Part shown: one piece after another, positions 56,013 through 64,000 of the stretch
Position numbering within the stretch: position 1 is the stretch's first letter
How the letters are laid out: each line of letters opens with the position of its first letter
Assembly (NCBI GenBank): GCA_049290195.1
Contig: JBATNE010000036.1
Location: 401 to 64,400 of the forward strand
DNA length: 64,000 nucleotides
Reading direction: 5' to 3'
DNA from: Candidatus Zixiibacteriota bacterium
Lineage (GTDB): Bacteria > Zixibacteria > MSB-5A5 > GN15 > FEB-12
The notes under the pieces: model-generated
What the model saw: the letters and a program-made list of their open reading frames with translations, nothing else
Told to the model about the DNA's origin: nothing
Database searches by the model: none
Position numbers and translations under genes: made by a program

Positions 56013-57293
56013 TCATTCGTAAACAGTAACTTCCGGGATCGGCACCACGAACTTCCCACCCCATTCGCGGATGAAAGCGTTCTGGGCCATGATCTCGTCC
56101 TTGAAATTCCATGGCAATATGAGCACATAATCCGGTTTTGTCTCGCGAATTTTTTCCGGGGTAAAGATCGGGATTCGGCTGCCAGGGAGGTACTTCCCCT
56201 GCTTGTACGGGTTCCGGTCTACGGTGAAGTCTATGAAGTCGGTCTTAATGCCGCAGAAGTTCAAGAGGGTGTTTCCTTTACCTGGAGCACCGTATCCGGC
56301 GATTTTCTTCCCGGCGCGGCGGGCGCCGATCAAGAACTCCAGCAGTTTCCGCTTGGTCTCCTTGACCCGCTCGGTAAAGGTGAAGTAGATCTCCAGCTTG
56401 TCATATCCGAGCTTCAACTCGCGGGCCTTGAGTTCTTTGGCCCTGTCGGTCAGCGTGAGTGCCTTGTTGTCAGCGTGGCAGGCATAGATACGGAGCGAAC
56501 CGCCGTGAGTCGGAATCTCTTCTACATCGAATAGCCTGAGTCCGTGAGCCGCAAAGACCGCCTCGGTCGTTATCCATGAGAAATAGGAGAAGTGTTCATG
56601 GTAGATCGTATCGAACTGGTTGCCATCAATCAGCTGCATCAAATGCGGGAATTCCATCGTGATGACGCCGGTCGGTTTGAGCAGGATCTTCATCCCCTTG
56701 ACGAAATCATTCAGGTCCGGAACCTGAGCCAGCACGTTATTGCCCAGGAGCAAGTCGGCGGCGTGTTTACCTACCATGTTCCGGGCGCTCTGTTCCCCAA
56801 AAAACTCAACGAGTGTTGGAATCCCTTTGGCTACAGCCGCCTTTGCAACGTTGGCTGCCGGCTCCACACCAAGGACAGGAATTCCTTTGGCGACGAAGTG
56901 CTGCAGAAGGTAACCGTCATTGCTGGCCAACTCCACGACGTGAGAGTCCTTGGTCAGACCAAAACGAGCAATCATTGCCTCAGTGTATTTCCGGGCATGC
57001 TCAACCCAGCTGTCAGCGTATGAGGAGAAGTAGGCGTATTCAGTGAATATCTCTTCGGCGGAAACGTACTCGTCCAACTGCACCAGAAAGCACTTCTCGC
57101 ACACATACGCGTGCAACGGATAGAACGGTTCCATCAGGTTGTACCGTTCGGCAGGAACATAGCTCTCGCACAAGGGGGACATTCCCAGATCGGAGAACGT
57201 ATGTTTCAGCGGTGTCTTGCAAAAACGGCAACGGGGACCGCCGCCGGTCGACGGTGCGGTATGGTGAGATGTTTCCTGAGTCTGCACGCTCAT
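56013..57293 (-). CDS. NDP-hexose C-methyltransferase-type SAM enzyme (TylCIII-like)
   Basis: N-terminal Zn-ribbon CRFCKTPL...CESY, SAM motif VVELASNDGYLLQHF and a C-terminal C-methyltransferase-type domain (ILPWNFKDEI). Confidence 0.75.
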   Translation of the reverse strand: MSVQTQETSHHTAPSTGGGPRCRFCKTPLKHTFSDLGMSPLCESYVPAERYNLMEPFYPLHAYVCEKCFLVQLDEYVSAEEIFTEYAYFSSYADSWVEHARKYTEAMIARFGLTKDSHVVELASNDGYLLQHFVAKGIPVLGVEPAANVAKAAVAKGIPTLVEFFGEQSARNMVGKHAADLLLGNNVLAQVPDLNDFVKGMKILLKPTGVITMEFPHLMQLIDGNQFDTIYHEHFSYFSWITTEAVFAAHGLRLFDVEEIPTHGGSLRIYACHADNKALTLTDRAKELKARELKLGYDKLEIYFTFTERVKETKRKLLEFLIGARRAGKKIAGYGAPGKGNTLLNFCGIKTDFIDFTVDRNPYKQGKYLPGSRIPIFTPEKIRETKPDYVLILPWNFKDEIMAQNAFIREWGGKFVVPIPEVTVYE

Positions 57294-57324
57294 CTACTCT
57301 CCTTAAAAGGGTCCAGGGTCTTTC

Positions 57325-58377
57325 TTAATGGGCGGCGGCGCTGGCTTTGCCGGCCGCGGTCCAGCGCAGTGAATTGTCCAGCTTGCCGGATGACATCAGC
57401 CGGGTAATATGGTCGATCCGCTTATAGCGCGGTCCCTCGAAGTCTTCGAGTTTAATCTCATTTTGCACGAATGCTTCATACAGCTGCCTGGCACCCTTGG
57501 GGGCGTCCCACTGCGGTTTGAATTCGGTCAACACGCGGGCGATCTTGCTGCAATCGACGCGGTAGCAACGAGTGTCCGGGCCGCCATCGGCTGCAAATGC
57601 CAGCTCGCAGTTCGGCACGGTGTTCTTAACGATCTCGGCTATTTCTTTGATGCGGTAGTTCTGATCGCTCCGGCCGACATTGAACGCCTGGTTGAAGACT
57701 AGTTCGCGAGGAGCGCTTAACGCTGCGACAAACGCTCGTGAGATATCTTCAATGTGCACAATCGGCCGCCACGGCGTGCCGTCGCTCTTGATGAGGATCT
57801 TGCCGGAAGCCACCGCCCAGGCGGTGAGGTTATTGAGCACGATGTCGAACCGAAGACGTGGTGAGACGCCATAGGCCGTGGCGCTGCGCATAAGCACCGG
57901 ACAGAAACTGTCGTCACCCAACTTGACGAGATCCTGTTCCGATCGAACTTTGGAAAAGCCGTAGGGAGTTACCGGATTGAAGGCGGATGATTCATCCAGC
58001 AGAGTATCGCCTGAAGCACCGTAGTTACTGCAGGATGACGAAAAGACAAATCGTTTTACCCCGGCGGTTTTGGCAGTCTGAGCCAGATGGATAGTGCCGC
58101 GATGGTTGATGTCATAGGTGACGTCTGGATTTAGATTGCCCAGGGGATCATTTGACAGCGCCGCGAGGTGGACAACTGCATCGAATCCTTTGAGATCGTC
58201 AACCGTTACGTCGCGGATATCTTTCTTTATCGTAGGATAGGTGGTAAATCCCGGGCCGAAAGTACAGGTGCTGTACAGGTCGGTATCCAGACCGACAACT
58301 TCGTGGCCGGCTTTGGCGATAAGAGGGGCCATGACGGTCCCGATGTATCCGAGATTTCCGGTAACTACTACTTTCAT
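57325..58377 (-). CDS. NAD-dependent epimerase/dehydratase (SDR)
   Basis: VVVTGNLGYIGT Rossmann motif and YGFSKVRSE (YxxxK). Confidence 0.8.
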   Translation of the reverse strand: MKVVVTGNLGYIGTVMAPLIAKAGHEVVGLDTDLYSTCTFGPGFTTYPTIKKDIRDVTVDDLKGFDAVVHLAALSNDPLGNLNPDVTYDINHRGTIHLAQTAKTAGVKRFVFSSSCSNYGASGDTLLDESSAFNPVTPYGFSKVRSEQDLVKLGDDSFCPVLMRSATAYGVSPRLRFDIVLNNLTAWAVASGKILIKSDGTPWRPIVHIEDISRAFVAALSAPRELVFNQAFNVGRSDQNYRIKEIAEIVKNTVPNCELAFAADGGPDTRCYRVDCSKIARVLTEFKPQWDAPKGARQLYEAFVQNEIKLEDFEGPRYKRIDHITRLMSSGKLDNSLRWTAAGKASAAAH

Positions 58378-58432
58378 TTTCTTGCCTCTGTTTTGGTCTT
58401 GCGGTGCATTTCGTCGATTAGCGGCCCCGGGA

Positions 58433-59632
58433 TTACCCCTTCAGCCGGTCCCATCGAACTTTGTAGTCCGAACCCAGTCGGCGGCAAAACAACTCTGCGA
58501 CGTTGGACGCAAGTACTTGCCAATCATGGGCTTTCGCGGCGGCCTGACGACCTGCCCTGGATTCAGGGCTCTTAGCTTGAGCGCCTAATCCCCGCTCAAG
58601 AGCCGCCAGCCATCCCTCTATTGTATCGGCAGTTTCGATGATATCTGCAAACTCCATAATGGCCGGAATGGGAGACCCCACCACCGGATTCCCGGTCGCC
58701 AGATACTCATGCATCTTCAGGGGATAGATGTACTTGGTATAGTTGTCGACCTTGTACCCCATCAGACATACATCAAAATGCTGGGAATAGCCCGGAAGTT
58801 CCGAGGGGGGCTTGCTTCCAAGATAGTGGACATTCTTGAGGCCGAAAAGGGTTTCCGCTTTGTCGGCATCTCCCTCAAGTGCCCCTACCGGTCCGACAAA
58901 AACGAAGTGCCAGTCCGGCCGAGCCTGAGCCAGTGCAATGTGTAATCCGAGATCAATATGCGTCTTGATGTATCCTACATACCCCATTCGCGGATGTGGG
59001 ATATCTCTTAGGTCAGCCGGTTCCGGTCGAGGCTGGGAGTATGCTTCATAATTGACACCGTTGGGAACGCGAATGGTATGGGGATTCAGCTTTCCCTTCT
59101 TTTCCATGAGCGTCCTTGAGTGGATGATAACCTGATCGACATTGCTCAGGAGATCTGCTTCGATGGGATCGATCGGCGGATCATCAGCCGCAAACGAATA
59201 TTCATCATCAATGTGATATACCGTGAGATCATAGCTGGTTGCCCCAAGCGACGGAGCATAATCCGGCAGCCAGAGATACAGGATCCATTTCCTGATTCCG
59301 GTCGTGCCCAGTGAGCTCTTGGCAGCATTGATACGGCTTCGCTCAAAGAAGCTGGCCAGGGCATCGGGGCGATATAAGCGGGGAAACAGACTATTCGCAG
59401 TATGCTCTATCATGCTGTCGCTCTGCTTCTGAGATCGAGACCAGGGGCGGAACCGGGAATCCAGCCTGGCATTGCGCCACTCCGGCACTGGATTGCACCA
59501 GACGACGTGAAAATACGCCGACAACTCGCGCAACAAGTAGTGGCGCGTCTGCCATGGCGCCGACCATTGATCCGGAACCATCGCAATGATTCCGATCTCA
59601 TGGAAGAGAGGTATGGGGCGTTCGTTCTTCAT
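58433..59632 (-). CDS. Glycosyltransferase (TuaH-like GT1/GT4)
   Basis: MGYVGYIKTHIDL..., HFVFVGPV and PLKMHEYLATGNPVVGSPIP resemble teichuronic-acid TuaH-type transferases. Confidence 0.6.
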   Translation of the reverse strand: MKNERPIPLFHEIGIIAMVPDQWSAPWQTRHYLLRELSAYFHVVWCNPVPEWRNARLDSRFRPWSRSQKQSDSMIEHTANSLFPRLYRPDALASFFERSRINAAKSSLGTTGIRKWILYLWLPDYAPSLGATSYDLTVYHIDDEYSFAADDPPIDPIEADLLSNVDQVIIHSRTLMEKKGKLNPHTIRVPNGVNYEAYSQPRPEPADLRDIPHPRMGYVGYIKTHIDLGLHIALAQARPDWHFVFVGPVGALEGDADKAETLFGLKNVHYLGSKPPSELPGYSQHFDVCLMGYKVDNYTKYIYPLKMHEYLATGNPVVGSPIPAIMEFADIIETADTIEGWLAALERGLGAQAKSPESRAGRQAAAKAHDWQVLASNVAELFCRRLGSDYKVRWDRLKG

Positions 59633-59679
59633 CGTATGACAGTGTCAAATCTCACAGTGACGTGGTTCCCGCTCTCACA

Positions 59680-61182
59680 TCAATCAAGGCTAATGTGCAC
59701 ACGGCTGAGAATTCGTCCGGTAGCCAGTTTTGCCCGTGTTGGAAGCACTTGATAGAAATCGTAAACTGCGGCCGGGCGCCAGACCAGCATCAGTACGGCG
59801 TAAACGACCATCCCGATCGGAATGGCAATACATATTACCGCAAGAGGGTGCAGTCCGACCATCTCCAAGAGCTTGCGCAAACCGTATACCGAAGCCGCCA
59901 TGATAACTGCTCCAATCGCGTATCTATAAAGTGCCGGCACCAGCCGGTAGAGCGGCAGTTTGACCAATCGAAAGGCGAGAAGATAGCGCATGAGCGTGAG
60001 CGGAACGGTAATGATAAAGTAAGCGACTACTACGCCGATTATGCCCCAGTGGAGCCCGGCAAAAAATGCCGCCACCGTGAGAATTCCGGAAATGGTGGTG
60101 AGCCAGAATAACCAGCTCGCTTTGCCCAGAGCAGTAATCATCTGGTTCGCCGGACCATGAACGGACAAGAAATATCCGACCGGCGATAGCAAAATCATGA
60201 TTTGAATTGCGGGCGCCCATTTGGGTCCAAGTACCGCCATAACGAACGGGTCGGACACGACCATGATACCTGCAATAATCGGCATGGTGATGAACGATAT
60301 TGCTTCAACCGATCGCAACATGATCTTCTGAAGTTGAGCCTGGTCCTCCTGCACCCGGGCAAACGCCGGAAACAGCACGCGATTCAGAATCGGTGAAATG
60401 GTCGTTGGCGGGTAGAGGCAGAATCGGCCGGCCATTGCGTAGTACCCCAGCAGTTTCTCTCCGAGCCATTTTCCAATGATGAATTTGTCCGAATCGCGCG
60501 AGAAGTAGTCTATCAGTCCGGAGCCAGTCAGGTGGAGACAGAACCCCATCACTTCTCTCACCTCTCGCCAGACAAATACCCATTTCGGGCGCCAGTCCAG
60601 CATCCACCAAATGGCAATGACCGTCACCAATGAGCTGATGATGTTGGAATAGACCAGTGCCCAGACTTTGAAATCGAGCGCCGCCAGTATGATGGCGACC
60701 ACCCCCTGGGTTATGGCGGCTGCGAAACTCATCCAGGCGATCTTATCAAACTGCATTCGTCGATTGAAAATGGCGACCGGCACCGCCGCAAAAGCGGTCA
60801 GGAAGAAGGAGATGCCGAGTGCCTGTATGATCGGGGTCAGGCGGGGCTCATTGTAGATCGATGCCAGCCAGGAAGCGACCAGAAGCAGGGCCACAAAGAG
60901 CACAGCCGAGAACATGAGATTCAGGATGAACAGGCTGCTGATCAGAGAATTGGTAAGGTTCTTGCGTTGAACCACGACTCCTGGCGCCCCCAAATACTGG
61001 AGAACCATGAAGAACCCCGTCACCACACCGGCCATCGACAGCAGTCCGAAATCCTCCGGTGTGAGCAGACGGGCCAGGACAACTGAAACCAGCATCCTGA
61101 CTCCTTCTGTCACCATCTGAGAAGCGCCAGTCCATCGGACGCCAGAAAAGACCGCCTTGGCGTCAGCGGATTCAGCTGACAT
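59680..61182 (-). CDS. wzx: MOP-superfamily polysaccharide flippase (Wzx-like)
   Basis: 500 aa with about 12-14 TM segments and an N-terminal region (VSVVLARLLTPEDFGLLSMA) typical of the Polysacc_synt family. Confidence 0.75.
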   Translation of the reverse strand: MSAESADAKAVFSGVRWTGASQMVTEGVRMLVSVVLARLLTPEDFGLLSMAGVVTGFFMVLQYLGAPGVVVQRKNLTNSLISSLFILNLMFSAVLFVALLLVASWLASIYNEPRLTPIIQALGISFFLTAFAAVPVAIFNRRMQFDKIAWMSFAAAITQGVVAIILAALDFKVWALVYSNIISSLVTVIAIWWMLDWRPKWVFVWREVREVMGFCLHLTGSGLIDYFSRDSDKFIIGKWLGEKLLGYYAMAGRFCLYPPTTISPILNRVLFPAFARVQEDQAQLQKIMLRSVEAISFITMPIIAGIMVVSDPFVMAVLGPKWAPAIQIMILLSPVGYFLSVHGPANQMITALGKASWLFWLTTISGILTVAAFFAGLHWGIIGVVVAYFIITVPLTLMRYLLAFRLVKLPLYRLVPALYRYAIGAVIMAASVYGLRKLLEMVGLHPLAVICIAIPIGMVVYAVLMLVWRPAAVYDFYQVLPTRAKLATGRILSRVHISLD

Positions 61183-61283
61183 CTCATCGAACGAAGCTCC
61201 GTGGTCGTTCTTATCGTCTACTGTGCTCAGTTAGTAACTTCCTTTGTTGTCCGGCTGGGTTGCCGGCGCCGGGCATAATAGCT

Positions 61284-61328
61284 GTTTTCGGCATTTGCCG
61301 AAACTTCTATTGTACCTTCTGGTACAAT
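61284..61328. promoter_or_regulatory. Two adjacent palindromes in the divergent wzx / ATP-grasp intergenic region
   Basis: GTTTTCGGCATTTGCCGAAAC (61284-61304, near-perfect) and ATTGTACC-TTCT-GGTACAAT (61309-61328, perfect 8-bp arms). Confidence 0.35.
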
Positions 61329-61564
61329 GCCCAGGCACGGTCCGGGCCGGCCAGGGATATTTCGCCGTCCTGAAATGAGACGAGACGAAATTTATCTCAT
61401 GTAGGTCCACTTTTATCGTGCGGCAATGGTGGAAAGAGCTAATACCGGTTGCTTTTGTGGCCGATTATCCCTATTAAACGGGACCCAAAGCAAAAGGCCG
61501 TATGGTTGCAGCCCAGCAGGTGGGCAGCACTTGATCCGAAAGGCTGAGACATTCTCTTACCAGT

Positions 61565-62761
61565 ATGATCGAATCAGACTTGTCAGTGCCGGCAATTCTG
61601 TTCGGCTCCAGTTATACCGTTCTGGGCACGGCCCGGTCACTCGGGAGACGCGGGATTCCCGCATACTGTCTCTCCGATAACCTGGGCTATTTGGCGAGCT
61701 CGCGGTACTGCTGTACCATGCCCGGCCTCCCGAAGGTGAAGGAATTTTCCAGCCTGGCCGCCGCCCTTGCGTCGATTCCTTTCGAGCGGGCTGTCCTGTT
61801 CCCCTGTAGCGACCACTGGACCCATGAAGCGGTCAATCTTGATCTATCGTTGCGCACCCGGTTTCCGGCAGTTCTTCCCCCCGCACCTGCCATTGATATC
61901 CTTCTCAACAAAGGAAAACTGGCGCTGTTCTTGCAGGAGCAAAAGTTCCCGGCTCCCCTGACGCTCGGTATTTCAGGCGAAAAGGATCTGGACAAGTGGC
62001 CGGTTGATCGCTGGCCGATCACCTTCATTAAGCCCTGCGATTCGCAGAAATTCATGTCTCTCTTCTACCGAAAAGCACTGCGCATCAATTCCCGAGAGCA
62101 ATGTCTCGATCGATTGAGCAGAATCTTGCCCGAAGGGGTCGAAGTTGTTCTGCAGGAGTATGTGCCCGGCCCTGCCACGCGGCACTTCTTTATCGATGGC
62201 TATATCGATTCAACGGGGACAATGAGGGCGCGATTTGCGCGCCAGCGAGTACGGATGTACCCGCTGGACTTTGGTGATAGTTCCGCCCTCCGGTCAATTC
62301 CGTTGTCTCAGCTCGGGACCCTGCCCGATAGGCTCGGGAAGCTCCTGACCACCCTGGAATATCGCGGTATATATTCCGCTGAGTTCAAGTTCGACGAGCG
62401 TGACAACGAATACAAATTGCTGGAAATAAATGCGCGCCCGTGGTGGTATATCGCATATGCTACCGATTGCGGGATAAATGTCGCTGACATGATGTACCGT
62501 GATGCGCTCGGCCAGCCGGTGACATCCGTTTCTGACTATAAAGTCGGTGTTGGGCTGGTATCGCTGACTAATGATCGACGAGCGGTGTGGGCTATGTTTA
62601 GGAACGGCACTCTTCCATTTTTCCCCTGGCTCTGGTCATGGCTTACTTATCACCGAGCAGTTTTCAATTGGGATGATCCCGCCCCGACCCTGTCACAATA
62701 TTGGCGGCGAGTGAAGCTCCACCTCGGACGCATCTTCGGCAAACGTCCTGTTGTCGTTTGA
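61565..62761 (+). CDS. ATP-grasp enzyme (COG3919-like carboxylate-amine ligase)
   Basis: N-terminal PAILFGSSYTVLGTARSLGRRGIPAYCL and the ATP-grasp core ..YRGIYSAEFKFDERDNEYKLLEINARPWW. Confidence 0.7.
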   Translation: MIESDLSVPAILFGSSYTVLGTARSLGRRGIPAYCLSDNLGYLASSRYCCTMPGLPKVKEFSSLAAALASIPFERAVLFPCSDHWTHEAVNLDLSLRTRFPAVLPPAPAIDILLNKGKLALFLQEQKFPAPLTLGISGEKDLDKWPVDRWPITFIKPCDSQKFMSLFYRKALRINSREQCLDRLSRILPEGVEVVLQEYVPGPATRHFFIDGYIDSTGTMRARFARQRVRMYPLDFGDSSALRSIPLSQLGTLPDRLGKLLTTLEYRGIYSAEFKFDERDNEYKLLEINARPWWYIAYATDCGINVADMMYRDALGQPVTSVSDYKVGVGLVSLTNDRRAVWAMFRNGTLPFFPWLWSWLTYHRAVFNWDDPAPTLSQYWRRVKLHLGRIFGKRPVVV

Positions 62762-62788
62762 CAGCTTTCTCCCATATATTGGAATCTC

Positions 62789-63823
62789 ATGAGTTCAGAT
62801 TTATTAGTACGCCCATTAACTGAGTCCGACTATGGCGCATGGCTTCGGCTGGTTTCGACAGCTCCCAGCGGTAGCGTCTACGCCACACCGGATTACCTGT
62901 CGGTACTCTGTCAGGTAACCGCAGCGCAATTCAGAATCATAGGCGTCTTCAAGGGAACGGAACTGCTCGGAGGTATGCCGCTATTCGAGACAGCGTCCCG
63001 CGTTGGAACCGTAGCAGCCAATCGCCTGCTTCTCTACTATCATAGTCCGGTCATCAGAGAGTATGCGACAACCTATCCCTCAGAACGAACTTCGCGCCAG
63101 CTCTCTATCATTCAAAGTCTGGTGAACTACCTTAAGGAGCAGCCGCTGGCGCACTTGCTTCTGCATATGAGGCATCCTATTTCCGATGTACGGCCGTTCC
63201 TTCAATCCGGTTGGTCCGTCAGACCAAATTTCAGCTATATCGTTTCCATAGCCGATCTCAATGCAGCGTGGGGCAGAATCGAACAGAATCTCCGCCGTCT
63301 CGTGGACAGAGCCGATTCCAACGGAATCGTGATGACTGAAGACGACGATTTCGACAGTTTCTATCGACTGCATCTCGATACCCATAAACGCAAGGGAGCT
63401 CCGCTCTATCTTCAACCCAAGCCGTTTGAGCAATATTACCGGCTGTTACGGGAGAAGAAGCTTGGGCAGCTTTTTCATGCCCGTTCCGCTGATGGCAACG
63501 TGATAGCTACACAACTAGTACTCCTCGGCCCGAATCCGGTCTGTCACATCGTCTGTGCGGCGGCCGATGCCGAGAGCCTCTCGCTCGGAAGCACACCCTT
63601 CCTCCGCTGGAAGGCCTTCCAGGTGCTCGCGAAGATGGGATATAAAGGCGTGGACCTTACGGACGCCGCCCTCAACGACGTCACCCGGTTCAAGAGTCAG
63701 CTCGGCGGAGACCTGGTCACCAACTGGGTCGTGGTACGTCCCGAAACAGCCAAATATCGGTTGTATACGCGTGCGGTGGCCGCCATTAACAAGGCACGCA
63801 GAATGGTCCGGAGAAGCCGCTAG
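62789..63823 (+). CDS. FemAB-like / GNAT (Acetyltransf_6-type) protein
   Basis: The layout resembles 39332..40423 (W..LV...P.GSVY..PDYL..L; ...FKSQLGG). The family assignment is from memory. Confidence 0.55.
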   Translation: MSSDLLVRPLTESDYGAWLRLVSTAPSGSVYATPDYLSVLCQVTAAQFRIIGVFKGTELLGGMPLFETASRVGTVAANRLLLYYHSPVIREYATTYPSERTSRQLSIIQSLVNYLKEQPLAHLLLHMRHPISDVRPFLQSGWSVRPNFSYIVSIADLNAAWGRIEQNLRRLVDRADSNGIVMTEDDDFDSFYRLHLDTHKRKGAPLYLQPKPFEQYYRLLREKKLGQLFHARSADGNVIATQLVLLGPNPVCHIVCAAADAESLSLGSTPFLRWKAFQVLAKMGYKGVDLTDAALNDVTRFKSQLGGDLVTNWVVVRPETAKYRLYTRAVAAINKARRMVRRSR

Positions 63824-63847
63824 AAGTTCGGATGTTGCATTGATACC

Positions 63848-64000
63848 ATGAAATACGGCGCTCAGATAATAGTCGATACGCTCGAGCAACTTGGCGTGAC
63901 CATCGTGTTCGGTATGCCGGGAACGCAGAATGTCGGTCTCTATGATGCCTTGCGATCGTCCCGACTCAGAACAGTAGTTTCCTCCAATGAGATGGCTGCA
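63848..64000 (+). CDS. Thiamine-diphosphate-dependent enzyme, N-terminal fragment (3' end outside window)
   Basis: My translation is MKYGAQIIVDTLEQLGVTIVFGMPGTQNVGLYDALRSSRLRTVVSSNEMAA, which fits the TPP_enzyme_N pattern (acetolactate-synthase-like). Only 51 codons are visible. Confidence 0.55.
   Translation, partial: MKYGAQIIVDTLEQLGVTIVFGMPGTQNVGLYDALRSSRLRTVVSSNEMAA

Noticed and set aside
61530-61550. CTTGATCCG...GGCTGAGAC upstream of the ATP-grasp operon, considered as a TPP riboswitch.
   Set aside because: The elements are in the wrong order relative to the THI-box (CTGAGA should precede ACCTGATC), and the flanking conserved helices are missing.
63848-64000. TPP enzyme as a phosphonopyruvate decarboxylase, which would imply a phosphonate-decorated glycan together with the cytidylyltransferase, aminotransferase and oxygenase.
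   Set aside because: The visible N-terminus looks like an acetolactate-synthase-type TPP_enzyme_N rather than the Ppd type. No PEP mutase is present in the window.

Overview
All calls rest on reading the sequence and ORF translations by eye and on remembered family motifs; no searches were run. The window is bacterial, with compact gene packing and AGGAG-type ribosome-binding sites. A T9SS/FlgD-type C-terminal sorting domain and dockerin-like modules hint at an FCB-group or candidate-phylum organism, which cannot be verified here.

Bases 1-19,100 are mostly housekeeping genes: uvrD/pcrA (partial), pepF, trmO, a serine hydrolase, punA, a NUDIX hydrolase, divIVA, alr, rex, a TPR protein and a rubrerythrin-like protein. 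Interspersed among them are:
- a solitary IS200/RAYT-type Y1 transposase gene bracketed by two related hairpins;
- several families of GC-rich palindromic units at gene 3' ends;
- an uncharacterised divergent locus at 14.6-18.4 kb. One arm encodes two paralogous secreted proteins plus a TonB-C protein. The other arm encodes a membrane thioredoxin-like protein plus a 10-Cys secreted peptide. Each arm has a copy of a shared 19-bp operator-like motif.

Bases 19,100-64,000 form a very large cell-surface glycan island. It contains about 11 glycosyltransferases, 3 deacetylase domains and nucleotide-sugar modules. It also has both a Wzx/Wzy-like route and a Wzm/Wzt ABC route, two FemAB-like proteins, an ATP-grasp enzyme and a TPP enzyme. 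Other notable genes are a roughly 1,200-aa Calx-beta/FN3 surface protein, a small FN3-dockerin protein and a wecB gene interrupted by an in-frame TAA.

I saw no rRNA, tRNA or CRISPR array. I did not find a system I can confidently call novel. The best candidates are the 14.6-18.4 kb locus and the FemAB/ATP-grasp part of the glycan island.
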